DNA of 64,000 nt from Corallococcus interemptor (lineage in GTDB: Bacteria; Myxococcota; Myxococcia; Myxococcales; Myxococcaceae), in NCBI RefSeq assembly GCF_050270115.1, contig NZ_JBNNJP010000025.1; one strand, 5' to 3'. Below are positions 44,537 through 53,895 of the stretch, piece by piece (within the stretch, counting starts at the first letter, position 1; every line of letters starts with the position of its first letter). The position numbers and the translations under genes are program-made. The notes beneath the pieces were generated by a model that made no database searches, had not been told where the DNA came from, and saw only the letters and a list, made by a program, of their open reading frames with translations.

Positions 44537-46753
44537 TCAGCGGCACTTCAGCTCGGCCTTCTTCGCCGTCACCTGCTCCGCGATGCCGTCACCCGGCACG
44601 GCGTAGTCCTCCACCGCCTGGATGTCCGAGCAGCTGCCCACGTTGTTCAACGCGTTCTGCGCCTGCGTGGAGCAGAAGGCCACCACGCGGTTCAGGTCCG
44701 TGTTGCCCTTGTAGAACTCGAAGCCCAGCTTCCAGATGCGGCAGCCGCGGCGGCGGTCCTCGCGGTCCGCGAAGTGCTTGCCGCGCAGGTACGAGGCGAC
44801 CGCCATGTCCTGGAAGATGTTCTTCCGGTAGAAGGACAGGTGCGACTCCGCGAGCTCCGCCATGATGCGCTTGTCCGTCGCCAGCGCCTCCCTGAACGGC
44901 GCCACCGCGCGCTCGGGGTCCTCGTTGGTGAGCGAGCTCTCGCCCGTCTTGAAGAGCTGATCCACGTTGGACACGTCGCGGATGAGCTCGTCCGCCAGCG
45001 AGTGGAACTCCGCCTGGTCCACCTTCGCGCGCAGCTTCTGCAGCGTCGCCATGGACTCGCTGCCGCGGCCGGTCCAGTAGTCGAACATCGCCGCCTGGAT
45101 GAGCTTGTGCGAGTAGCGCTTGTTGAACATGGCCTTCACCTCGCTGGCCTGGTCCACGCCCCCACCCTCCACCTGCAGGATGTCGGACACGGGGCAGGTC
45201 CACGGCGCGGCGCCGCGGTCCAGGCGCGTGCGGGCCACGAGGAACTTCACGAACATGGCGTCCTTGGGGCGCCACTCGTTCTTGCGCAGGCCGCCCTCGA
45301 GGCGCAGCGTCTGGCCGATGGGCGGCTCCAGGTCCTCCTTGCTCTGCTTCTGGCACCAGACTTCCATGTACTCCTGGCAGCGCGGCACCGCGGCACCCCA
45401 CTGCGAGTTGTTCAGGTAGCGCTTGCAGTCGTCCTTCGCGCGCTCCACGAACTGCTCGGCCGTCTCACGCGCCTTGGAGCGGGCGCGGCGGAAGTACTCG
45501 CTCTCCTTCGGAATCTTGCGCAGCAGCTCCAGGGCCTGCTTCTCGCGGTTGAGCTCGATGGCCTTCTTCGCGGCCTCGAAGTTGTCGAAGGCTTCCTTCT
45601 CCAACTTGATGCGCCGCACGAGGGTGTTCGCCTCGACGTTGATGGGGTCCTGATCCAACGCCTGCTCGCACGCGGCCTCGGCGCGGCCCCAGTCCGGGGC
45701 GCCCAGTTCGTTGGAGGCGTAGGAGCGGCACTCGCTGAGCAGCTCCTGCACCTGCTGCGCGGGGTCCAACGACGCGGCCGGCCCGGCCTTCTGGGCGTTC
45801 TGCGCGGGCCCCACGGACGACTTCACCACCGCCGCCACCGCCAGCAGCGCCACCACGCCGCCCGCGACCACCAGCAGCTTGCGCTTGCTGTCCGCGGCGG
45901 GCTCGCCACGGCTGCCGCGGCGGGGCGGCACCGCGCCCGTTCCCGGACGCCGCGCGGGCGTGTCGGAGGGCTCGAAGGTCATCTCCACCACGCCGAACTG
46001 GAGGACGTCCCCGGCCTGCAGCTCGACGAACTCCTCGCCCAGGATCTCCCCGTTGAGCAGGGTGCCGTTGGCGCTGCCCAGGTCGCGCGCGAGGATGGCG
46101 CTGCCCTCGCGCTTCACCTCCGCGTGCTTGCGGCTCACGGAGTCGTCATCCAGGACGACCACCGCCGGAGGCGCGCGGCCCACCAGCAGCGTGCCCTGGA
46201 TGGGATAGGACTTGCCCGCCCACGGCCCCGTCATGCCCTTGAGCACCGGACCGGAGCCGGCGCCGTCCGCCGCTGCGGCCGCCCCGCCCGCGGGCCGGGG
46301 ACGCGAGGGCCGCTTCGCCAGCGCGCCCTCCGGCTTCGCGGCGCCGTTCTGGGTGGCCTTGGCGCGGATGCTGGGCATGGCGCGCGTGCCCTTCACGGGC
46401 GCGTCCGAGAGCGTCGCGGGGTCTTGGGGCGGAGGCGTCTTCGCGCGGCGGCCGCTGGTGCTCCGGCCGCCTCCCTTGAGCTTCAGCTCGTAGTCGCCCA
46501 ACAGCACCTGCGAGCCCGGCGTGAGCGCCGTGGGCCCCTCGATGCGCTCGCCGTCCACGAAGGTGCCGTTCTGGCTGCCCCCGTCCTCGACGTAGACCGT
46601 GCCGCCCTCCACGTAGATGCGCGCGTGCTGCCGCGACACCCCTCCTTCCGTGAGGACCAGGTCATTGCCCTGCTGGCGGCCAATCTTCAGCTCGCCGGCG
46701 ATCTCGTGCTCGTGCTCAGTGCCGTCAGGGTGACGGACGACCAGGGTTGCCAT
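44537..46753 (-). CDS. Tandem-FHA-domain membrane protein with a large Cys-rich/TPR-like periplasmic C-terminal domain
   Basis: FHA1 (IGRQQGNDLVLTEGGVSRQHARIYVEGGTVYVEDGGSQNGTFVDG), FHA2 (VGRAPPAVVVLDDDSVSRKHAEVKREGSAILARDLGSANGTLLNG), a single TM (LLVVAGGVVALLAVAAVV), then ~430 aa containing more than 10 Cys. Confidence 0.75.
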   Translation of the reverse strand: MATLVVRHPDGTEHEHEIAGELKIGRQQGNDLVLTEGGVSRQHARIYVEGGTVYVEDGGSQNGTFVDGERIEGPTALTPGSQVLLGDYELKLKGGGRSTSGRRAKTPPPQDPATLSDAPVKGTRAMPSIRAKATQNGAAKPEGALAKRPSRPRPAGGAAAAADGAGSGPVLKGMTGPWAGKSYPIQGTLLVGRAPPAVVVLDDDSVSRKHAEVKREGSAILARDLGSANGTLLNGEILGEEFVELQAGDVLQFGVVEMTFEPSDTPARRPGTGAVPPRRGSRGEPAADSKRKLLVVAGGVVALLAVAAVVKSSVGPAQNAQKAGPAASLDPAQQVQELLSECRSYASNELGAPDWGRAEAACEQALDQDPINVEANTLVRRIKLEKEAFDNFEAAKKAIELNREKQALELLRKIPKESEYFRRARSKARETAEQFVERAKDDCKRYLNNSQWGAAVPRCQEYMEVWCQKQSKEDLEPPIGQTLRLEGGLRKNEWRPKDAMFVKFLVARTRLDRGAAPWTCPVSDILQVEGGGVDQASEVKAMFNKRYSHKLIQAAMFDYWTGRGSESMATLQKLRAKVDQAEFHSLADELIRDVSNVDQLFKTGESSLTNEDPERAVAPFREALATDKRIMAELAESHLSFYRKNIFQDMAVASYLRGKHFADREDRRRGCRIWKLGFEFYKGNTDLNRVVAFCSTQAQNALNNVGSCSDIQAVEDYAVPGDGIAEQVTAKKAELKCR

Positions 46754-46760
46754 GGGCGCG

Positions 46761-48533
46761 TCAGTCCTCGCGGAAGATACTCATGTTCACGGGGATGCCC
46801 TTGCGCTGGAGCTCGTCGTAGAACTTCGGGACGAAGCCCGAAGCCACGTAGCGTCCGCGCACCTTGTGGTCCTCCGTGAAGCCATCCTGCTTGTAATAGA
46901 AGATGTCCTGCAGGGTCACGATGTCGACCTCCATGCCGGACACCTCGGTGATGAAGCAGATCTTCCGGGAGCCGTCGGAGAAGCGCGTCTGCTGCACGAT
47001 GAGGTGCACGGCGCTGGCGATCTGCTCGCGGATGGCCTTCACCGGCAGCTCCATGCCGGACATGAGCACCATCGTCTCCAGCCGGGCAATCGCGTCGCGC
47101 GGCGTGTTCGCGTGCAGCGTGGTGAGCGAACCGTCGTGGCCGGTGTTCATGGCCTGGAGCATGTCCAGCGTCTCACCGGAGCGGCACTCGCCCACCACGA
47201 TGCGGTCCGGCCGCATGCGCAGGCAGTTCTTCACCAGCTCGCGGATGGTGATGGCGCCCTTGCCTTCCAGGTTGGGCGGGCGGCTCTCCAGCTGCACCCA
47301 GTGGTCCTGCGGCAGCTGAAGCTCCGCCGCGTCCTCCACCGTGATGATGCGCTCACCCTCCGGGATGAAGGAGCTGATGATGTTCAGCGTCGTCGTCTTC
47401 CCGGAGCCCGTGCCGCCGGAGATGACGATGTTGCGCCGGGCCGTCACGCACATCTCCAGGAACTCGGCCATCTGCGCGGTGACCGTCTTGTACTTGATCA
47501 GGTCCTGGATCTTCAGCGCGTCCTTCTTGAACTTGCGGATGGTGATGCAGGGGCCCTTGAGCGCCAGCGGCGGGATGATGGCGTTCACGCGGCTGCCGTC
47601 CTTGAGGCGCGCGTCCACCAGCGGGCTGGACTCGTCGATGCGGCGGCCAATGGGCGCCACGATGCGCTCGATGACGCCGAGCACCGCCTGGTTGGAGGAG
47701 AACGTCTTCTCCGACAGGGTCAGCTTGCCCTTGCGCTCGATGTAGATCTGGTTGGCGTGGTTCACCATGATCTCGCTGATCTCTTCCGACGCGAGGAACG
47801 CCTCCAGGGGCCCCAGGCCCAGCGCCTCGTTGATGACGTCGGTGAGCAGCTCCTCCCGGTCCACGTCCCCGGGAAGCTCCTGGTCCGCCTCCATCTGGTC
47901 GATGATGTCCCGGATGGCCTTTTCGGTGCGGCGCCAGAGCTCCTCGTCCCCGAGCCGGTCCATGTCCATGCGGCGCAGGTCCAGGTACTCGATGAGCCGG
48001 TCGTGGATCTCCTTCTGGAGCCGCGAGTAGCGCTCCAGCCGGGGGTCCACCTTGCGCTTGTTCTTGGCCATGGCCGCGGCCATGGACGCCGGCATGCGGC
48101 TGGGAGCGGCGGCGGGCGCGGGCGCCTCCTCCTCCTCGTAGGGCTCCTCCTCCTCGTAGGCCTCTTCCTCCTCGTAGGCCTCCTCGCCCTGCTCCTCGTC
48201 GTAGCCCTCGTCCACGGGCTCGTCCGGCAGCGGTTCGACGTTGAGGATGTAGTCGCCGATGGAGACCTGGTCGGTCGGCTTGAGCACCATGGGCCCGGCG
48301 ATCTTCTTGCCGTTCACGAAGGTGCCGTTCGTGGACTTCATGTCCACGATGATGAAGCGGCCGTCCTTTTCGACGATGCGGGAGTGGGTCTTGGAGACGT
48401 TCCCCTTGGCGAGCACGATGTCGTTGCCGGCAATCCGGCCGATCGTGATCTCGTTCTTGGGGTACTCCCGCTGCTCCGACCCGCCACCCTTCTCCGTCAG
48501 CGTGATGAGAAACATGAGGCGGGATGCTACCAA
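46761..48533 (-). CDS. FHA-domain-fused type II/IV secretion ATPase (CpaF/TadA family)
   Basis: N-terminal FHA (IGRIAGNDIVLAKGNVSKTHSRIVEKDGRFIIVDMKSTNGTFVNG), an acidic (EEEE[AP]Y)x3 linker, Walker A GGTGSGKTTTLN, and RPDRIVVGECR. Confidence 0.85.
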   Translation of the reverse strand: MVASRLMFLITLTEKGGGSEQREYPKNEITIGRIAGNDIVLAKGNVSKTHSRIVEKDGRFIIVDMKSTNGTFVNGKKIAGPMVLKPTDQVSIGDYILNVEPLPDEPVDEGYDEEQGEEAYEEEEAYEEEEPYEEEEAPAPAAAPSRMPASMAAAMAKNKRKVDPRLERYSRLQKEIHDRLIEYLDLRRMDMDRLGDEELWRRTEKAIRDIIDQMEADQELPGDVDREELLTDVINEALGLGPLEAFLASEEISEIMVNHANQIYIERKGKLTLSEKTFSSNQAVLGVIERIVAPIGRRIDESSPLVDARLKDGSRVNAIIPPLALKGPCITIRKFKKDALKIQDLIKYKTVTAQMAEFLEMCVTARRNIVISGGTGSGKTTTLNIISSFIPEGERIITVEDAAELQLPQDHWVQLESRPPNLEGKGAITIRELVKNCLRMRPDRIVVGECRSGETLDMLQAMNTGHDGSLTTLHANTPRDAIARLETMVLMSGMELPVKAIREQIASAVHLIVQQTRFSDGSRKICFITEVSGMEVDIVTLQDIFYYKQDGFTEDHKVRGRYVASGFVPKFYDELQRKGIPVNMSIFRED

Positions 48534-48663
48534 GCCCTCCTACGACCTCAAAGACTCCTGCGACGCTCGCCCGCCTGCTGCCCGGAAACGAACGGGCCGG
48601 CGCCCTCCCCCTCTGAAGCGGGGATGGAGCCGGCCCGGATGAGACACGACGGCGGGAAGGCCG

Positions 48664-50112
48664 TCAGTCGAAGATGTTGAAGTTCACCTCGGAGCGGGCC
48701 TGCTTGTAGCGGGTCTTCACGTCCTCGATGATGCTGCGGACCTTGTCCGAGTCCGGGTTCACGATGCGCGGGGTGACGAAGATCACCAGCTCGCGCTTCG
48801 TGGAGTCGAACGCGCGGTTCTTGAACAGCTCGCCCACGATGGGGATGTGACCCAGGCCCGGCAGCTTCGCGACAGCCTTCTGCTCGTCGTGGCTGAACAC
48901 GCCGGACAGCACGATGGTCTCACCGTGGCGCACGGTGACGTTCGTCTTGACCTTGCGGGTGCGGAAGCCGGGGATGGCGGACGAACCACCGAAGGACACG
49001 GACACGGAGGTGTCGATTTCAGAGGCCTCCGCCTCCACCTCCGTCTGGATGTTGCCGTTGCGGTCCGCGGTGGGGCGGATGTTCAGGATGACGCCGTAGG
49101 GCTTGTACTCCACCGTGAACTGCGTGTTGGTGATGAGGGGGATGGGCACCTCGCCGCCGGCGAGGAACTCCGCCTTCTCACCGCTGGCGCACACCAGCTT
49201 GGGCTGCGCCAGCAGGCGGCCGTAGCCGTCGTTGGCCTGGAACCCGATGCTCAGGTCGGACCCGCCGTTCGCGCCCATGATGAGGGTGGAGACGGCGTCA
49301 CCGCCCGGCAGCAGCGCCTTGTTCAGCGCGACGTTGGCGGTCAGCGAACCGGTGATGTCCGTGGGGTACTTGATGCCGTAGCGGTCGCGGCTGTTGCGGC
49401 GGATTTCGACGAACTGGACCTCGGAGAGGATCATCCGCTTGATGCCGACGACGAGCAGGTTCTCCACCTTCTCACCGATGGCCTTGGTGATCAGCTCCGC
49501 CTTCTGGAGGTCCTGCTGGCTCTCCACGGAGCCCTCCAGGAAGATGGTCGCGCCCACCACGTTGGCCTGCACGTTCTTCAGGCCCGCCTTCTGGAAGGCC
49601 GCGTTCAGGTTCTGCGCCACCAGCTTCTTGGCGTTGGGGGCGATCTTCACGAACGACTTCACGTTCGGGTACAGGCTCACCACCTGCTCGATGCGGTCCG
49701 CGTCCTGCGTGGTGTAGGCCTGACCGTCCAGGTAGATGCGGTCGCCCACCATGCGCACGGAGACGCCTTCGATTTCGCCCAGCAGGCGCTTGATCTCGGA
49801 GATGACCTCGTTGGGGTCCTGCTTGCGGACCGTCACCAGGTAGCTGATGCGCTGACCGGAGGACTTCCAGACGAGCAGCGTCGTCTTGCCCTCCTGGTTG
49901 CCGGTGACGAGCAGCTGGCCGGTGCCCAGCGTCTTCACCTCGGCGATGGACGGATCACCCAGCGCGACGCGGCTGAGGCCGGGAATGGTGAGCACCTTCT
50001 GGGTACCCACGCCCAGGCTGACGGAGCTGCCCTCCTGGGCCTGCGCGGGGGCACTGGCCACCAGGGTGACGAGGGCGCCGAGCGCCAGGGCTTGCGTGAA
50101 GCGAGTGGACAT
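48664..50112 (-). CDS. Secretin (CpaC/RcpA-like outer-membrane channel)
   Basis: Signal peptide MSTRFTQALALGALVTLVASAPAQA, BON/N domains, and a secretin C-domain (…GGEVPIPLITNTQFTVEYKPYGVILNIRPT…VSGVFSHDEQKAVAKLPGLGHIPIVGELF). Confidence 0.85.
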   Translation of the reverse strand: MSTRFTQALALGALVTLVASAPAQAQEGSSVSLGVGTQKVLTIPGLSRVALGDPSIAEVKTLGTGQLLVTGNQEGKTTLLVWKSSGQRISYLVTVRKQDPNEVISEIKRLLGEIEGVSVRMVGDRIYLDGQAYTTQDADRIEQVVSLYPNVKSFVKIAPNAKKLVAQNLNAAFQKAGLKNVQANVVGATIFLEGSVESQQDLQKAELITKAIGEKVENLLVVGIKRMILSEVQFVEIRRNSRDRYGIKYPTDITGSLTANVALNKALLPGGDAVSTLIMGANGGSDLSIGFQANDGYGRLLAQPKLVCASGEKAEFLAGGEVPIPLITNTQFTVEYKPYGVILNIRPTADRNGNIQTEVEAEASEIDTSVSVSFGGSSAIPGFRTRKVKTNVTVRHGETIVLSGVFSHDEQKAVAKLPGLGHIPIVGELFKNRAFDSTKRELVIFVTPRIVNPDSDKVRSIIEDVKTRYKQARSEVNFNIFD

Positions 50113-50159
50113 CGTGTGAATCCCCTTCTTGCGTGCGCGCGCCCGGACGACGAAGCGCG

Positions 50160-50696
50160 CTATCCCAGATGTTGTTGCTGCCACCACATGGCCCAGAAAG
50201 TCCCGAGCGCGATGGAGACGCCGTAGGGGATGTGTCGCACGGGAGCGGGCGAGGTTTCCTCGCGCATCCATTTCATCCGCACCGCCCAGCGACGGGCCAC
50301 CGCCGCCAGCGTGTCCCAGACGGCCCCCTGCCACAGCAGCGTCACGATGGCCTGAAGCGCGCCCACCAGCGAGATGAAGGCCGCCGCCGACAGCACCGTG
50401 GGAAAGCCCAGCACGCAGCCCACGCCCGCCATCAGCTTGACGTCACCCCACCCCATGCGCCCGCGCAGCGCACCCGGCACCAGCAAGAGCGCGAGCCCCG
50501 CGCCCGCCAGCACCCCGCTCACCAGCCCCGACTCCAGCCCGCCCACCCCTTCGGACACGCCACGCACCCCGAGCCCCAGCACGATGAGCGGATAGGTCAC
50601 GGCGTTCGGGATGAGCCGGCGCAGCACGTCGGTCACCACCGAGATCACCAGGGCCACTCCCAGAATCGTCCACAGCGCGAGCTGAACAGGTGTCAT
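50160..50696 (-). CDS. Prepilin peptidase (A24 family, CpaA/TadV-like)
   Basis: VVTDVLRRLIPN and GWGDVKLMAGVG, the two catalytic-Asp motifs of type IV prepilin peptidases. 178 aa. Confidence 0.8.
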   Translation of the reverse strand: MTPVQLALWTILGVALVISVVTDVLRRLIPNAVTYPLIVLGLGVRGVSEGVGGLESGLVSGVLAGAGLALLLVPGALRGRMGWGDVKLMAGVGCVLGFPTVLSAAAFISLVGALQAIVTLLWQGAVWDTLAAVARRWAVRMKWMREETSPAPVRHIPYGVSIALGTFWAMWWQQQHLG

Positions 50697-50808
50697 TCGG
50701 CACCTGCTCCCATGGGAAGCAGGCGACCCCCATCAAACAATGGAGGCCCCGAGCCCGTCAATTCCTGAACAAGGCCATTGCACCGTGGGGCCCTGCGTCA
50801 TCCCGGCG

Positions 50809-51663
50809 TCAGTGGATGACGAGGCGGATCTTCTCGCTGCAGATGAAGTACTCGTCCCCGTCCTCGACCTTGCGGCGCTTGATGCGCTGCTTGTTGAACC
50901 AGGTCCCGTTCGAGGAGCCGAGGTCCTCGATGTAGAAGTCGCCGCCGTCGCGGGCGATGACGGCGTGCTCGCGGGACACCTTGCCGGAGTTGATGACGAA
51001 GTCGCAGTGCTTGCCGCGTCCGATGACGTAGCGGTCCTTGACGATCTTCTCCTGCTCGCCGGACTCCGTGACGAGGTAGAGCGCGGCGCCCTCCTCCTCG
51101 TCCGGCTCCTCCATGGCCTCTTCTTCCTCGGCCTCTTCCGGAGGTTCGTCCTGCATGTCGTCGAGCGGCGGCTCCTCCTGCTCGGGCAGGGGCTCCTCCT
51201 CGTCCTCGATCATGTCGTCCGCGGAGGGCGGGGGCGGCTCGTTCTTGCCCTTGATGAGCCGCTCCAGCTCCGCGGCCGTCTCCAGGACGCGCTCGGCGAC
51301 CTCGCGGCGCACCGGATCATTGTCCAGGCCGTTGGAGGACGGGCGCTCCTCGGGGGCGTTGCGCGCGGCGGAACGCGCGGCCGGCGCGGGGGCCAGCACG
51401 GGCGGACTGCCCTTGGCCGCGGCGGCCGGGGGCGCGGCGGCGGCCGGACGCGCGGCGGGCGCGGGGGACGGCACCGCCGCCACGGCGGGCTCGCCCTTCG
51501 TCTTCACGTCGATGAAGCCGTTGAGACGCGCGAACATGAACAGCGCCTGATTGATGAGCGCGTCGCGATCCGACCCCATCTGCTGGGCCATCTCTTCGTA
51601 CGTCTCCCACAGGTGCTCGGCGATGCCGACCTTGCGTGCGGGACGGGAGTTCTGATCGATCAT
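50809..51663 (-). CDS. FHA-domain protein with an acidic low-complexity linker
   Basis: C-terminal FHA (YVIGRGKHCDFVINSGKVSREHAVIARDGGDFYIEDLGSSNGTWFN); N-terminal helical region; an E/P/D-rich linker. Confidence 0.75.
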   Translation of the reverse strand: MIDQNSRPARKVGIAEHLWETYEEMAQQMGSDRDALINQALFMFARLNGFIDVKTKGEPAVAAVPSPAPAARPAAAAPPAAAAKGSPPVLAPAPAARSAARNAPEERPSSNGLDNDPVRREVAERVLETAAELERLIKGKNEPPPPSADDMIEDEEEPLPEQEEPPLDDMQDEPPEEAEEEEAMEEPDEEEGAALYLVTESGEQEKIVKDRYVIGRGKHCDFVINSGKVSREHAVIARDGGDFYIEDLGSSNGTWFNKQRIKRRKVEDGDEYFICSEKIRLVIH

Positions 51664-51726
51664 CGTTCTTGGCTCGGGAAATGCTGGACCTGGGGGACGA
51701 TAACAGAGCCGGCCGGGCGCGCCCAG

Positions 51727-53895
51727 TTACTGGAAGGCCCGGAGGTACGTGAGGTTGGGCACGTTGTCGGTGATCTGCTCCAGGGCCACCTGGAGCACGC
51801 CGTCCGCCGAGGGATACGCGAGGAAGGCCAGGCTGGAGCCATCCACCTCCGTGGCCACCACGGAAGCAGGCAGGGTGTAGACCGCCAGGTTGCTCGTCGA
51901 GCTGGTGTCCACCCGGAAGTTGAAGCGGCGGAAGCGCGGCTGGAGGACGACCAGATAGCGGTCCCCCGGCACCAGCCGGCTCTGCGTGCCGAGCGTCGGC
52001 GTCAGGGTGAGCGTCAACGGCCCGGGCACGTACTTCGTGGGCGACCGCGGCGGGTCCAGGCCCAGGTCGAAGCCGTCCGGGTGGTAGTAGTAGTCCAGGA
52101 AGGTCGCGGCCGTGTACGGCTCGTTCACGTCCAGCCGCTGCACATAGCCGTCCGCGTTCTCGTCGCCCGCGTACAGCACGTAGGGCTTCACGTTGGGGCC
52201 GGCGCGCACGGTGAAGAGCGGGTACGAGGCGCAGGGCTCGATGGCGGTGACGAGCTCCGGGTCGGTCAGGTCCGGGTAGATGCGCGTGAGGCCGTTGCCC
52301 TGGTCCTCCAGGCGCAGGACGGGGATGACCGCCGGGCAGGCGCCCGCGTTGTTCGCGAGCACGATGGAGTCTCCGGGCACCACCCCGCGGGCCGCCGCCA
52401 GGGCCGTCTCCACGAGCAGCGGCGGATCCTCCTGGGTCAGGTCGCGCGACAGGCCCACCAGCCCGGGCAGCACGCCCTGGTACACGAAGCGGTAGGTCCC
52501 GCCAGGCACCGTCCCGTTGCAGAGGAACGCCGTGGCGTTGGTGGCCTCCACCTGGGGGCAGCCCGGCTCCGACGCGATGATGCCCGGGAACTGGTCCGAG
52601 CGCGCCGCCTCGCTGCTGTCACGCAGCTCCGCGGTCACCGACGCGTCCAGCGGCGTCGTGGGGGAGCTGCGGTCCAGGTTGAAGTGGCGCCGCTCGTCCG
52701 CGCGGAACAGGGTGATGTCCCCGCTGGAGGACGGAACGATGCCCAGCAGCGGAACGGAGGTGAGGTACGCCACGCCGTCCAGCAGGAACTCGCGGACCTC
52801 CAGGCCCGTGCGCAGCGTGAGGCCCGTGGGCAGGCCGCCCGGAGGCCGCAGGGTCAGCATGGGCGCGCCGGTGACGTCCCGGGCGAGCACCGGCGCCGCG
52901 GACGGCGCGGCCGGATCCGGCCCGTTGTCGAGCGCGATGACGCCCTCGCAGTCCAGCGTGTTGCACGTCAGCTCATCCAGCACCGCGAACACGTAGCGGC
53001 CCGCGGGCTCGGTGACCGTCTCCGACATCTTGTAGCTGGGGTGCGTGACGAGCAGCCGCGCCGGGATGTCCACCAGGTCCGTGTAGTCGGGCACCGTGAA
53101 GGGCCGCGGCCGGGGGCGCTTGTAGGGCACCTCCACGGAGGCCCCGTCCGCGACGACGCGCACCAGCCGGCTGGTGCCGGACACGTTGCGGATGGCCACC
53201 ACCAGCGAGTCCGTCACGTTGGCCCGCGCGGGCAGCGTGATCATGGACATCACCGTGTCCGCGGGCTTGAGGCAGAAGACGGGCAGCGCGGGCGGCAGCG
53301 CGGCCGCGTCGAAGCCGTCCGGTCCGGGCAGGTCCTGGCGCATCACCACCCCGCCCCCGAAGGGGCCGCACAGCTGCTCGGCGGCCTCCGGGCGGGTCTG
53401 GAGCGCGTAGTACAGGACGCTCGGCTCGCCCTCCGCCACCGGGGCGTGCGCGGCGAAGGCGGTGATGAGCTGCCCGGTGGACAGGCGCGTCACCTCGGTG
53501 AGGCGCTCGCGCGCCGAGGCCACCACGGAGATGTCGCGGCCCCCGGAGCTGCGCGCGTAGATGTACGGGCCGGACACGTCGTTGCCGCTGGCGTCGTAGC
53601 CCACGTCGCGGATGAGCGAGTCGGGCCGCGCGATGACGGGGATGGCCAGCGGCTCCAGCGGGTTGGGCGCGGGGATGAACTCGCGCGGTGAGCGCGTCAG
53701 ATCCAGCACGCGCAGCTCATCCCGGTCCTGGGAGGTGACGAAGACGAGCTGGTTGGCGAGCACCACGTCGTACGTGCCGGACAGGCCGGCCGCTCCCGCC
53801 GTGGAGGTGGTGTCGGAGCAGGCGAGCGCGAAGCTCGCGCCGCTCAGCAACAGGGCAGCAAGGAAGCCGCGCTTCAAGGTCAGTTCTCCTGGCAC
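51727..53895 (-). CDS. Large lipoprotein, unknown function
   Basis: Lipoprotein signal FLAALLLSGASFALAC; 722 aa; overlaps the upstream gene by 16 nt. Confidence 0.55.
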   Translation of the reverse strand: MPGELTLKRGFLAALLLSGASFALACSDTTSTAGAAGLSGTYDVVLANQLVFVTSQDRDELRVLDLTRSPREFIPAPNPLEPLAIPVIARPDSLIRDVGYDASGNDVSGPYIYARSSGGRDISVVASARERLTEVTRLSTGQLITAFAAHAPVAEGEPSVLYYALQTRPEAAEQLCGPFGGGVVMRQDLPGPDGFDAAALPPALPVFCLKPADTVMSMITLPARANVTDSLVVAIRNVSGTSRLVRVVADGASVEVPYKRPRPRPFTVPDYTDLVDIPARLLVTHPSYKMSETVTEPAGRYVFAVLDELTCNTLDCEGVIALDNGPDPAAPSAAPVLARDVTGAPMLTLRPPGGLPTGLTLRTGLEVREFLLDGVAYLTSVPLLGIVPSSSGDITLFRADERRHFNLDRSSPTTPLDASVTAELRDSSEAARSDQFPGIIASEPGCPQVEATNATAFLCNGTVPGGTYRFVYQGVLPGLVGLSRDLTQEDPPLLVETALAAARGVVPGDSIVLANNAGACPAVIPVLRLEDQGNGLTRIYPDLTDPELVTAIEPCASYPLFTVRAGPNVKPYVLYAGDENADGYVQRLDVNEPYTAATFLDYYYHPDGFDLGLDPPRSPTKYVPGPLTLTLTPTLGTQSRLVPGDRYLVVLQPRFRRFNFRVDTSSTSNLAVYTLPASVVATEVDGSSLAFLAYPSADGVLQVALEQITDNVPNLTYLRAFQ

